Positions 1-9,121 of a stretch of 64,000 bases of DNA are shown here, piece after piece. A program made the translations under genes and the position numbers. How positions within the stretch are numbered: the first letter of the stretch is position 1; each line of letters starts with the position of its first letter. The notes beneath the pieces are model-generated. The model saw only the letters and a program-made list of their open reading frames with translations, was not told the origin of the DNA and made no database searches. Origin of the DNA: a virus (taxonomy: Duplodnaviria; Caudoviricetes); IMG/VR virus record IMGVR_UViG_3300021379_000005, positions 1 to 64,000 of that record; one strand, 5' to 3'.

Positions 1-1
1 C

Positions 2-889
2 AGCAGCCGGTGGCACATCACTGTAATAAAACATCTGTGTTCCTGTTGGATTCTGACTAGAAGTCCAAACTTCTTTAGATATTCTCACATAAGAACCAGA
101 AGCACCAGTGCCCGCATAATTTCCAGCAAATAAAAGTCCACCATCAACAGATTCGCCTAAAAACTGCACAGTGTAATGTGTACCCATAGAGGTAACATCT
201 CTGGAATACTGTGATGCCCAGTTGGATGGCCATTGACTATAACCAACTTTAAGTTGAAAGTGTGGGTCGTTTTCATTACTTGAACCGTTATCCATTCTGG
301 AAAGTGCTGGTTGATAATTGTTATTACCATATGACTTTCCCCAATAGTGATAACGTTTACTGTAATCGTCCGACCAACTATTTCCCCTTGCATTTGGTAT
401 TGAATTATCTAAATCAACACTGTCTTCTATTTCTTGCCAAGATGCGTTGTAAGCAGTCGAACCACTTTCCCAAACATGGGTTACTGCTTTTATTGACTGG
501 TCGTTATTAGTTAAAACACGCATTGCTCCACCAGTGTGGCCGCCCTCACCACTGGCCCCTGATTGGGACATATCGATCCATGGCGCTGGATCTATATAAT
601 TCTCATGGTTTTGTGTATTGTCACTAGGAATTGACATTCCTGTTTGTAATTTAGATAATGCAAGACTCTGCCCTACTTGTCCACCCGATGAGGACATATT
701 ATTATTATGTTTAGTTTCCCATGCAGTTGATGTCGAATCTTGATAGTTGATATATCTGTTAAATTGTGGAGTCAAACTAGTTTTATCGTGTTTCATTCCA
801 TCAAGCCAGAAACCATCATTTCCCGCCCTTGGGTCTTCAATAACGACTGGATAATTTGATCTTCCTTGGTAATCCCATACTTTTGCCAT
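2..889 (-). CDS. Putative fibre-tip/receptor-binding virion protein, 3'-truncated by the window edge and absent from the ORF track; paralogue of 10326-12140
   Basis: Manual translation from ATG at 889 gives MAKVWDYQGRSNYPVVIEDPRAGNDGFWLDGMKHDKTSLTPQFN...HYTVQFLGESVDGG...VPPAA, open to the edge, with GGAG just upstream. It aligns with VFEDINP..IYLESEGHNKSTLAPIFN, YSVQYIGMSTVDG and APTAAG of 10326-12140. Confidence 0.85.
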   Translation of the reverse strand, partial: MAKVWDYQGRSNYPVVIEDPRAGNDGFWLDGMKHDKTSLTPQFNRYINYQDSTSTAWETKHNNNMSSSGGQVGQSLALSKLQTGMSIPSDNTQNHENYIDPAPWIDMSQSGASGEGGHTGGAMRVLTNNDQSIKAVTHVWESGSTAYNASWQEIEDSVDLDNSIPNARGNSWSDDYSKRYHYWGKSYGNNNYQPALSRMDNGSSNENDPHFQLKVGYSQWPSNWASQYSRDVTSMGTHYTVQFLGESVDGGLLFAGNYAGTGASGSYVRISKEVWTSSQNPTGTQMFYYSDVPPAA

Positions 890-892
890 TTC

Positions 893-1138
893 TTATTCTC
901 CTGTGTGATCTTTAATTTCTTTGAACCATGCAACTGCTTCATCTATATTGGACCAATCTGCTCTGGAGCCGTCAGGATTAAATTTCCATGGTTGACTTAC
1001 TTCTAAATCGCCGTCAGAATTTGTTGCAGTAAAAACTCCATCATCTAATGCCACCACATATTCCGTGGCCACTTGTGTTGTAACTTCATCTCCGTTTTCA
1101 TCAATAGAAACAATATCTTTTATGATAGATACATTCAT
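893..1138 (-). CDS. Small acidic cassette protein (81 aa), possible fibre chaperone/adaptor; paralogue of 12153-12380
   Basis: AGGAG RBS and a late promoter lie upstream. Shares DE.G.E.T and QPW...DGSRA.W...DE.V.WFKE with the 75-aa ORF. Confidence 0.8.
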   Translation of the reverse strand: MNVSIIKDIVSIDENGDEVTTQVATEYVVALDDGVFTATNSDGDLEVSQPWKFNPDGSRADWSNIDEAVAWFKEIKDHTGE

Positions 1139-1171
1139 TTTTATCTCCTAATTTTTTTAAAATTTTTCTAC

Positions 1172-1179
1172 TATTTATA
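1172..1179 (-). promoter_or_regulatory. T4-type late promoter TATAAATA
   Basis: Exact tatttata on + in the intergenic gap 34 nt upstream of the 893-1138 start. Confidence 0.8.
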
Positions 1180-1185
1180 AATTGT

Positions 1186-3264
1186 TTATGTTTGTCTATA
1201 TTTAAATTGAACAACTAAATCTTCACCTTTATTCGTTGTTCCAATAGATGTTACGTCTACTGTTATGTAATCGCCTTCCACCATAGGAAACTCTGGTGCA
1301 GAAACAACACTAGAAAATTGTCCCGCCAAAATCGAGTTGGATTTAACAGTAGAACCGTTTTTCTTAATTTCAATTGATATATTAGAATCTGCAGAAGATG
1401 AAACCTTTGTATTAATACCAGTTACTAATAGATCAAAGGGAGCATACCATCGTGCGGTTCCAGTTACTAATTGCAACTCACCTTGTTGATTGAGATTTGT
1501 AATAAATGTAGTTTGTTCTTTTACTTTTGTAAGATTTGTGACAGTATCATCATTTACTTTTTCTACAATTTTATCTTCCGCAAGTTCTCCAATTCTTTCT
1601 TGTATTACTGGAGTTTTCGTAATATAATCGCCCATATCTTGTGGAACAAATTCAGATAGAGAAGAATCGTAAACTAAACACGACTGTCCTGCAATTGAAG
1701 GTCTAGGTCTAATTTCTACTGGTGTAAAATGTTGTTCTTGATCGTGTTGGAAATACACAACATAATTGCCGGCATCATTAGTTTCTACTTCAAGATTTTT
1801 GATAGTCAACATGCCTCTCATAGGATTGTGATTGCCACACTGATAATACAAAACATCTGGTGCATCATTTGGAACAGTAAATACCAAAGTTCCACTTTCA
1901 TTTCTAGAACCAGTAACTCCGTTAGTATATTCATCAATATACTGTCCTTGGGCCCAGTTTGTTCCATCATCTTGTGTTAAATAAAATGGATGACCAGAAA
2001 GCGATGAGTCTAAATTAAATGTATATGTACCACCCCTATAAAGAGGGCCAATATCTGGATTATCTCCGTGTGCAGAACCCATGAATGTATATGCACCTGA
2101 TGATACAAAAGAAACATTATATGATACATTAGGTGCAACTAAAGTTGGTAATGTGATTGTAGATGGAACACTAATGTTTAATCTTTGAACTTCTGTTGCA
2201 TTATCTCCATTAACACCTTCAAATGTAATATTTTGAACATTTAAAGTTGATGTTGCCCACGATACTAAATTGTCTGTGCCTGCACCTTCAATCCACTTAA
2301 GATAAATTTTATGAGTTTGAGTCATCGTACCATGAAGTTCATGTGCCGCAAAGTTAAATAGAGTATATGTGCCTGCAATGTAAATTGGAACATCTGATTG
2401 AACTTGATTTGTAATAGTCGATCTTGCATATGGTAGAGCGCCCGATTTCCATGTCCATAACCATGGAGTACTATGACCAGCTGCCGGTGCATCTACCGCC
2501 ATCTCTAGTACTTCTGGATTGGGTTCCAGTCTAACATTTGTCATCTGTCCGATTTCAGTAGGAACAACTGCATCATCAATCAATGACCCAGAAGGGAGTT
2601 GTAAAAGTCCTTCATTATTTACGGAAATTTCTACATCACCAATATAAAGAGTATTACCACTCAAATATAAATCACGAAATCTGTTTGTTGCAGAACCCAG
2701 ATCATATGCAGAATCTGTGTTTGGAATTATGTGTCCCGCTAATGTTGTTGCAGCAAGAGTTTTATTTGAAAGAGTCTCTGTACCAGTCTGCGTTACATAT
2801 CCTGCAAGGTCTGACGCTTCTAGTTTATTTGCAAGTGATGCGGTGATATTTGTTGCGAAGTTTGCGTCATCTCCAATCGCAGCCGCAAGTTCGTTAAGAG
2901 TATCTAATGTGCCTGGCGCAGTGTCTACTAAATTAGAAATTGCGGTATTAATATCTGCCTGAGTTGCAAATGAAACTGCAGAACCACCCGATGGTGTTAC
3001 CTCAAAAACTCCATTATTATCGGAAATAACAAGATCACCGATTGTAATAGAGTTTCCACTTAGATATAAATCACGAAATCTTTGTGTTGTAGAACCTAAA
3101 TCGTATGTCTCGTTTGCATCTGGTAAAACATGTCCAGTAACAACAGGTGGCACGGATGTATAAGATTTTTGCCATGCAGTAGTGGTGGAATTGTAAACAT
3201 ATACAATTCCATTGGAAGTAAAACTATCACCATTAGATGGATTGTCTGGAAAATTTACTGCCAT
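1186..3264 (-). CDS. Tail-fibre-like protein with cupredoxin-like (C-x2-H-x2-M) domain (692 aa)
   Basis: N-terminal NFPxxPxxGD module; YDLGS..RFRDLYLSG and APGTLDTLNELAAA fibre modules; GHPFYL...LYYQCGNHNPMRG; C-terminal RWYAP...GDYITVDVT domain. Paralogue of 7377-9110 and 12411-14090. Confidence 0.85.
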   Translation of the reverse strand: MAVNFPDNPSNGDSFTSNGIVYVYNSTTTAWQKSYTSVPPVVTGHVLPDANETYDLGSTTQRFRDLYLSGNSITIGDLVISDNNGVFEVTPSGGSAVSFATQADINTAISNLVDTAPGTLDTLNELAAAIGDDANFATNITASLANKLEASDLAGYVTQTGTETLSNKTLAATTLAGHIIPNTDSAYDLGSATNRFRDLYLSGNTLYIGDVEISVNNEGLLQLPSGSLIDDAVVPTEIGQMTNVRLEPNPEVLEMAVDAPAAGHSTPWLWTWKSGALPYARSTITNQVQSDVPIYIAGTYTLFNFAAHELHGTMTQTHKIYLKWIEGAGTDNLVSWATSTLNVQNITFEGVNGDNATEVQRLNISVPSTITLPTLVAPNVSYNVSFVSSGAYTFMGSAHGDNPDIGPLYRGGTYTFNLDSSLSGHPFYLTQDDGTNWAQGQYIDEYTNGVTGSRNESGTLVFTVPNDAPDVLYYQCGNHNPMRGMLTIKNLEVETNDAGNYVVYFQHDQEQHFTPVEIRPRPSIAGQSCLVYDSSLSEFVPQDMGDYITKTPVIQERIGELAEDKIVEKVNDDTVTNLTKVKEQTTFITNLNQQGELQLVTGTARWYAPFDLLVTGINTKVSSSADSNISIEIKKNGSTVKSNSILAGQFSSVVSAPEFPMVEGDYITVDVTSIGTTNKGEDLVVQFKYRQT

Positions 3265-3284
3265 GTTGTTCCTCTTTTATGAAT

Positions 3285-3292
3285 TATTTATA
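3285..3292 (-). promoter_or_regulatory. T4-type late promoter TATAAATA
   Basis: Exact motif 21 nt upstream of the 1186-3264 start, followed by a GAGG RBS. Confidence 0.8.
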
Positions 3293-3300
3293 ATCCGTTA

Positions 3301-5760
3301 TTAACCTTTTAGTGGTTCTGTGGGTGGTGTAAAGTTTGCGGTGTATCTTGCTAGACCTTTGGTAAGGCGAAAATCTTGAATATATCCTTTATAGTTCTCA
3401 GAACTATTACGCCACTCTCCTAAACGGAATGTAATATTATTATCTACATCTGCAGTTCTTGTTGCTGATCCCGAGGAATTTCCATTTATCCAAATTGTTA
3501 CTGTTCCGCTATTTCTTGTAATTGCAAAATGATTCCAGGCGTTGTTACTAAAACTACTTGAAGCTGTTATCCAGCTTCCATCTGCTGTTCCTGAATTTAC
3601 TCCAACTAAAGGAGTAGTTCCTACTACATATACAGATAAAGAAGGAGGACTCGAACTACCTGTAGATGTAGTTTTTCTAAATATACCATTATCGCTTTCT
3701 GTTGGGTACAACCACATTTCGATAGTAAAGTCTCCAGTTCCAAAGTTTGCAACATCTGCATCAATATATACATAATCACCTGTTCCATCAAAATACATTG
3801 ACTTAGTATCTGCAAACTTAACCTGAGTCGTTGAACCAGTAGTGTTTCCAACAAGCTGTAAATTACTGGTTTGTGCTTTATCTATGATAGATGCATCTGT
3901 TCCAACTACATGAACCGCTGCGGCCGAAGAACTAACTGGTTCCGTTGGTGGTGTAAAGTTTCCTGTATATACAACTGTACCATTTAAAACACGCAAATCA
4001 GAAATATACCCATTAAAGTCACTATCACCAGCACTACTACTGCCAATTAAAATTGCTTTATCCCCAGTTCCTGTTGCGCTTCCTGTACTTGTGTATGTTC
4101 CGACAGATTCACCATTGATATACATAGTAAATGTACTTCCTGATCTAGTAACGGCTACATGATACCATTGATTATCATTTATTGGGCCACTAGCAATTAG
4201 CATTGCATTGCCCCCAATGCCATTCATTGCTAAACATATAGAATCATTATCATCATTGTGTTTATATAATATCGCCAATTGACTTGATCCCCACGGAGTG
4301 TTCTGTGGGCCAATTTGTAATACTCTTGGATAATTACGGGCTTTACTAATACCATATACCCAACAATCTATAGTAAAATCGTTAGTATCAAGTGTTAGTT
4401 CAGAGGATAATGCACTTTGAACATATTGTCCCGATCCACCACTTGTTCCAGTAGAACCACTGGTATCAAAATAAATTGAACCACCGTGATCGGCTGCTGA
4501 GTATTCTAAGTTGTCATAGGGAGTGAATGGTTTTGTTGAGGTGTTGCCGTTTACCGTTGGCGTTAGAGAATTCGCTCCTCCGTCTGTTATGTACGGCAAA
4601 TGACACGAAAGTAATGTTGTCGAATATCCTGTGCCTGATACAGCCGTTAAAGGTTCTGTAGGAACATCAAAACCTGATGAAGAATAAAAAGCTGTGCCTT
4701 TTATAATACGGACATCACGAACATTGCCTGTGAAATACGCCGTACCTCCTCTATTTACGCCAATTTCGATTTTGTCATTAGTAAAATTAGTACTCACAGA
4801 TGCAGTTCCTAAAGATACTCCATCTAAAAACCCTTGCAAAGTTCCAGATGATCTTTGATAAACTATGTGATGCCATTGTTGATCATTCAAGGAGGCGGGT
4901 AAAACTCTTGAAGCGTCAGTTGCATTAGTCATCCATCGAATAGTGCTTCCGTCACTATTAAAACAAATTTGCCAGCCAGGAGTAGTATCATGTCCCACTA
5001 TTGTATCATTTAGAGATTGAGCTCCGTCTCTTCTAACCCAAAATTCTACCGTAAAATCATCTGTGCCTTCAGCTAAAGAGGCATCTGTATATCTTATATA
5101 ATCCCCTGCCCCATCAAAATAAGTAGAATATCCGCCAGAGCGGTAAGGACTAAATGAACTTGATGTAGGTGCATTTATAGGCGAAAGTGTTAATGCATTT
5201 GTTGAAGAATCTGTAAAACTACTATTGTCTGATATATCAACTGCTGTTGCTAGTAAAGTTGTGTAATTGCTGTTTAAAATATAAAATTGCAGAGTTATAG
5301 ATGTGTTTGTACTAACCGCCCCATTCACACCATCAGTTGCATTAATTGTGAGAGTGAATGTTCCGAAATTGGTATCATCAGTACTAGGTGTAATCGTGAA
5401 TACATTATCTTCTTGACTTATTGCAGCAATACTTCCAAGTCCACTGGTTGAGTATGTCCATGTCAGAGGGAATCCTTCAGGGTCTGTAGAAACAGCAGTA
5501 ATAACTGTAGGTGTTCCATCTATAGCAAGTGAATAAGAACCGTTAACACCAGTAATTGCGCTTGGTGAGTCATTTTGGACTGTAGCAATTTTATACCAAC
5601 CAGTTCCAGCATACACATAGATGTTGTTGTTTGATTGTACAAACGCCTGAGCCCCGTCAGTTCCTGTTGCTGCAATCAATGCATTCATATCTGCATAGAC
5701 AGTGGTACCACTACCAGTGGCACCACTACTTGCATATCTTATACTTGAGTAATTCGTCAT
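3301..5760 (-). CDS. LamG/concanavalin-A-like lectin-domain virion protein with three LamG repeats (819 aa)
   Basis: Three copies of S.YFDG.GDY...DFT[IV]E.W...N..W.H....R..GT...[FY].[DN]G...G..D.R...G...Y..F.[PV]PTEP. N-terminal fibre anchor plus a cadherin-like STDPEGFPLTW segment. Confidence 0.85.
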   Translation of the reverse strand: MTNYSSIRYASSGATGSGTTVYADMNALIAATGTDGAQAFVQSNNNIYVYAGTGWYKIATVQNDSPSAITGVNGSYSLAIDGTPTVITAVSTDPEGFPLTWTYSTSGLGSIAAISQEDNVFTITPSTDDTNFGTFTLTINATDGVNGAVSTNTSITLQFYILNSNYTTLLATAVDISDNSSFTDSSTNALTLSPINAPTSSSFSPYRSGGYSTYFDGAGDYIRYTDASLAEGTDDFTVEFWVRRDGAQSLNDTIVGHDTTPGWQICFNSDGSTIRWMTNATDASRVLPASLNDQQWHHIVYQRSSGTLQGFLDGVSLGTASVSTNFTNDKIEIGVNRGGTAYFTGNVRDVRIIKGTAFYSSSGFDVPTEPLTAVSGTGYSTTLLSCHLPYITDGGANSLTPTVNGNTSTKPFTPYDNLEYSAADHGGSIYFDTSGSTGTSGGSGQYVQSALSSELTLDTNDFTIDCWVYGISKARNYPRVLQIGPQNTPWGSSQLAILYKHNDDNDSICLAMNGIGGNAMLIASGPINDNQWYHVAVTRSGSTFTMYINGESVGTYTSTGSATGTGDKAILIGSSSAGDSDFNGYISDLRVLNGTVVYTGNFTPPTEPVSSSAAAVHVVGTDASIIDKAQTSNLQLVGNTTGSTTQVKFADTKSMYFDGTGDYVYIDADVANFGTGDFTIEMWLYPTESDNGIFRKTTSTGSSSPPSLSVYVVGTTPLVGVNSGTADGSWITASSSFSNNAWNHFAITRNSGTVTIWINGNSSGSATRTADVDNNITFRLGEWRNSSENYKGYIQDFRLTKGLARYTANFTPPTEPLKG

Positions 5761-5967
5761 TTAACTATCCGTCCATGATTGTGGGTCAGTTGGCCCAGAA
5801 GAACCACCCCCACCATAAAGGTTTTGAATAATTACTGGATCGAATGTTACATTCACTGCACTTCTTGTTTTATCTGCAGTTTTAAGTTGAAAACTATGAA
5901 CAACTGCTGTTCTCACCCTATCCGCTGTTTTTAAAGAATGTACTCCAACTAAAACTGCATCTGCCAT
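5761..5967 (-). CDS. Small virion-associated protein (68 aa) with Gly-rich C-terminal Q-S-W peptide
   Basis: Fills the gap exactly between neighbouring genes. Internal repeat VHS.(Q)LKTAD..R.AV; ends GGGGSSGPTDPQSWTDS. Confidence 0.7.
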   Translation of the reverse strand: MADAVLVGVHSLKTADRVRTAVVHSFQLKTADKTRSAVNVTFDPVIIQNLYGGGGSSGPTDPQSWTDS

Positions 5968-5970
5968 TTA

Positions 5971-7104
5971 TCACCCACCAAATGGAACATTGTCTTCTGG
6001 AAATGCATAACATGCGTTGATATTCGCATTGATCATACTCTCATCTCCAGTTTTATGAACTCTGAAAATTCTATATTGAGTTGTACCTTCAGTAAGAATA
6101 TCACCACTAAATCCAGCACTATCTGTTGTTCGATACCAGTTCATTAATCTACCTCTTCTTGGATCGCCAAAATTATCAGCATCATCCATGTGTCCTTTAT
6201 AAGTCACTGGAACTAATTGATGAACAAAATTGCCGTTTGCTTGTGGAATTTGATAAACTCTATTTCTACATTGTGGTTCTATCATTGGACGGTTGGTGTG
6301 AGATGCTGCGTGATACCCATAATGTTCGTTTCCTTGGTCACTTCTTTCGGAATTTCTATAAGTACCAAACTGATCCATAAATTGAATATTTTGAATTGCG
6401 TGATGTGCGTTATTTTCTCCAGCAGAACTAAGTCCATCCGCTCTTTCCATACAATTCATCCATGCCCACCATCCCATAATGGTTGGACAATATCTTGTAT
6501 TTCCAGAATATCCATAATCATCAATAGTTGAACTATATTCAAGGTCACAAAAAACATATGTTCCGTAATCAGCCTGAGTGTCAGTACCAGTAGTAATCAA
6601 TTGAAATGCAAATGTTGTATCATTCATTATAAGATGCATTTCTTTCCATGTAACAGGGTCTTGCTGCTCATAGCCTGGAATTTGCCCATAACGATATGTG
6701 GTGCTAGTGTAATCCCCCCAAAAATGAGAACTGTTCGATGTAGGAACACCATTACCACCAGCGGAGTCATACATATTCATTCTCCAACTATAATCTCTGT
6801 CGGTGTAAAAATAAATTCTTCTAAAGGGAGTATATCCCGCCGATTGTCCCTTTGCATAATGATACTTGTCAAAATAAAAACTACCACTACCATCATATGA
6901 AGTAGATGTCGAAGTTGTATTAACTGTATAAATTCCAGTTGTTGGCCTCGTTCCACCAATATAACTCAATCCTTGATTGTGTCCACTTGCGTTTAATTGA
7001 GATGTAGATGTAATCGTTCCCGCCATTACGCCTCTAAGATTGTTTAGTGCTGCAACTGTTGCTGTTCCTCCAGAAACACCACTAGATACTAATTTTGCGT
7101 ACAT
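5971..7104 (-). CDS. Putative fibre-associated virion protein (about 377 aa; true start probably MYAKL at 7104)
   Basis: TAATG stop/start overlap with the upstream gene and an AGGAGAGG RBS favour the ATG at 7104 over the track's 7134. Beta-rich, aromatic composition. Confidence 0.75.
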   Translation of the reverse strand: MYAKLVSSGVSGGTATVAALNNLRGVMAGTITSTSQLNASGHNQGLSYIGGTRPTTGIYTVNTTSTSTSYDGSGSFYFDKYHYAKGQSAGYTPFRRIYFYTDRDYSWRMNMYDSAGGNGVPTSNSSHFWGDYTSTTYRYGQIPGYEQQDPVTWKEMHLIMNDTTFAFQLITTGTDTQADYGTYVFCDLEYSSTIDDYGYSGNTRYCPTIMGWWAWMNCMERADGLSSAGENNAHHAIQNIQFMDQFGTYRNSERSDQGNEHYGYHAASHTNRPMIEPQCRNRVYQIPQANGNFVHQLVPVTYKGHMDDADNFGDPRRGRLMNWYRTTDSAGFSGDILTEGTTQYRIFRVHKTGDESMINANINACYAFPEDNVPFGG

Positions 7105-7364
7105 TACACTTCCTCTCCTGTATATTCTGTCCAAACACCATCAACATCTTTAAGTGTGTGAGTCTCTCCAACCACAATTTCTTCAACTCCGCCGCCTAAT
7201 GAGGTTCCCCAAATTAAAACTTCTTCATCGTCACTGATATAATCTTTTTGTATTTGTTCTGCTGTTGCGCCGGAAGCTCTATACACTGTAAGGGTAACAA
7301 CATCAGAATCAATTGCATATTTTTTTCTATATGATGCAATTAAATTTTCGTCTGTTAATGCCAT
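7104..7364 (-). CDS. Small cassette protein (about 86 aa, start MALTDEN)
   Basis: GGAGA RBS before the ATG at 7364. Occupies the same cassette slot as the 75- and 81-aa genes but is not visibly homologous to them. Confidence 0.7.
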   Translation of the reverse strand: MALTDENLIASYRKKYAIDSDVVTLTVYRASGATAEQIQKDYISDDEEVLIWGTSLGGGVEEIVVGETHTLKDVDGVWTEYTGEEV

Positions 7365-7376
7365 TGTTTTCTCCAA

Positions 7377-9110
7377 TTATGAATATGTAAATGTTAATCT
7401 TAAATTTTCTCCAGCGTCACCAGAACCAATTTGAGTGATATCCACAGTTAAATAATCATCTGCACTCAACGATAAATTTGGAGATGTGTCTTCCGACTTT
7501 ACTGCTCCCGCTGCAATACTCATTGTTTTTGTTGTGGTTGTTCCACCAGAAACTTTATTTATTGTTATATTTATATTTGCACCAGATGACGCTGTGTCAA
7601 CTCTTGCAATAATTTTATTTACTACTATATTTCTAGGAGCATACCATCTTTTCGCACCAGTTGTAACTGCAAGAGTTCCTTCCTGCACTAAACTTACAAC
7701 TCCAAGACCAACGCCGCCGCCAGTTAATAACCCAGAACCATCTGAAAGTTCATTAATATCAGTTGGAATTGTTGGCGAATCTGAAAGATCGTTATATGAA
7801 CCACTCGCAGCAACAGTTGCTAGTGTTGGTTGATTTGTTAAATCATTATAGTCTCCAGAAAAACCACTAACATTTTCTTGGGCAATGTTTGCAATCTTGT
7901 TTATTACTTCAGAAGAACCATCAATATAATCATTCATGTGTGTTGGTACGAATTTAGTACCGTTATACATCAAACATGCAGTAGTTGGTATTGCTGGTTT
8001 GTCTTTGATTAAAAATGATGTTTTATGTCCAAATTGAGTATGTTGAAAGTAAACTCTAATAGAATTGTCTGCATCATTCAATACATCAACTTCTAAATCT
8101 TTAATATGAATTGTACCTTTCATTCCACTATGATTTGCACATTGATAATATAATGTATCAGGCGCATCTACTGGTACTGTAAATGTAAGAGTTCCGACCT
8201 CTGTTCTAGAACCAGTAACTCCGTTTGTATATTCTCCGACATAACCACCTTGTGTCCAATTTGTTCCATCGTCTGTGGTTAAATAGAACGGATGTCCTGT
8301 AACATCTAAATTAAATGTGTATGTCCCACCACGATACATTGCTTCTATATCAGTCCCCATTGTCAAATTAATATCATATGCACCATTATCGATTGTAACA
8401 TTCATACTAATTGATGGTGCAGTCAATGTAATATCTGAGGCAGAAAAATCTTTTGGAATTGTCCAAACATGTTTTTGAACTTCAGTATTGGTATTAGTTA
8501 CAGAATTGAATCTATTTTCGATTGTTGTTGTTACGCCAGGAATTAAATTATCAGTTCCTGCCCCTAAAATTGATTTAAGATATCCAGAGTGTGCTTGTGT
8601 CATCTCTCCATATTGAGTGTATGCAAAGTTTACAAAAGTATATGTTCCTTCTCTATACAAAGGAACCTCTGTTTCTGTGCTTGAATTTGAAATTGCACCT
8701 CTTCCATAAAGAAGCGTTTCCCCCCAACTCCAAAACCAGTTCATTCCATGTCCGGCTTCGTTTGCATTTGCTACAAGTTCCATATTTTCTGGAACGAGAG
8801 AAGGGTCAAAATCTGGAGAAGATATTGCTGCGGAACTGGTAAATTTACCATCCACGATTGAAACACTATCATCACCAAGATAAAGAGTTGCAGATGAAAG
8901 ATATAAATCTCTAAACTTATTTTCTGCTTCTCCTAGATCATATAGAGCATTTCCATCTGGAATTATATGAGAAGTTATCGAACCTAAAACTGCAGGGACA
9001 GTTTCTACAGATGCAACCCATGCACCTTTCGTAGAATTATATGTCCATGTTTTAGAACCTACAACATGAGTATCACCGTCAGAGGGAGATGTAGGAAAGT
9101 TGATAGCCAT
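7377..9110 (-). CDS. Tail-fibre-like protein with cupredoxin-like domain (577 aa)
   Basis: MAINFPTSPSDGD N-terminus; GHPFYL...LYYQCANHSGMKG; FSGDYNDL/SGSYNDL fibre repeats; C-terminal KRWYAP...DYLTVDI domain. Confidence 0.85.
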   Translation of the reverse strand: MAINFPTSPSDGDTHVVGSKTWTYNSTKGAWVASVETVPAVLGSITSHIIPDGNALYDLGEAENKFRDLYLSSATLYLGDDSVSIVDGKFTSSAAISSPDFDPSLVPENMELVANANEAGHGMNWFWSWGETLLYGRGAISNSSTETEVPLYREGTYTFVNFAYTQYGEMTQAHSGYLKSILGAGTDNLIPGVTTTIENRFNSVTNTNTEVQKHVWTIPKDFSASDITLTAPSISMNVTIDNGAYDINLTMGTDIEAMYRGGTYTFNLDVTGHPFYLTTDDGTNWTQGGYVGEYTNGVTGSRTEVGTLTFTVPVDAPDTLYYQCANHSGMKGTIHIKDLEVDVLNDADNSIRVYFQHTQFGHKTSFLIKDKPAIPTTACLMYNGTKFVPTHMNDYIDGSSEVINKIANIAQENVSGFSGDYNDLTNQPTLATVAASGSYNDLSDSPTIPTDINELSDGSGLLTGGGVGLGVVSLVQEGTLAVTTGAKRWYAPRNIVVNKIIARVDTASSGANINITINKVSGGTTTTKTMSIAAGAVKSEDTSPNLSLSADDYLTVDITQIGSGDAGENLRLTFTYS

Positions 9111-9121
9111 TTATCATCTCC

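Noticed and set aside
157-510. Track ORFs 157-393 (-) and 262-510 (+)
   Set aside because: They overlap the real edge-truncated gene 2-889, which has an RBS and a paralogue.
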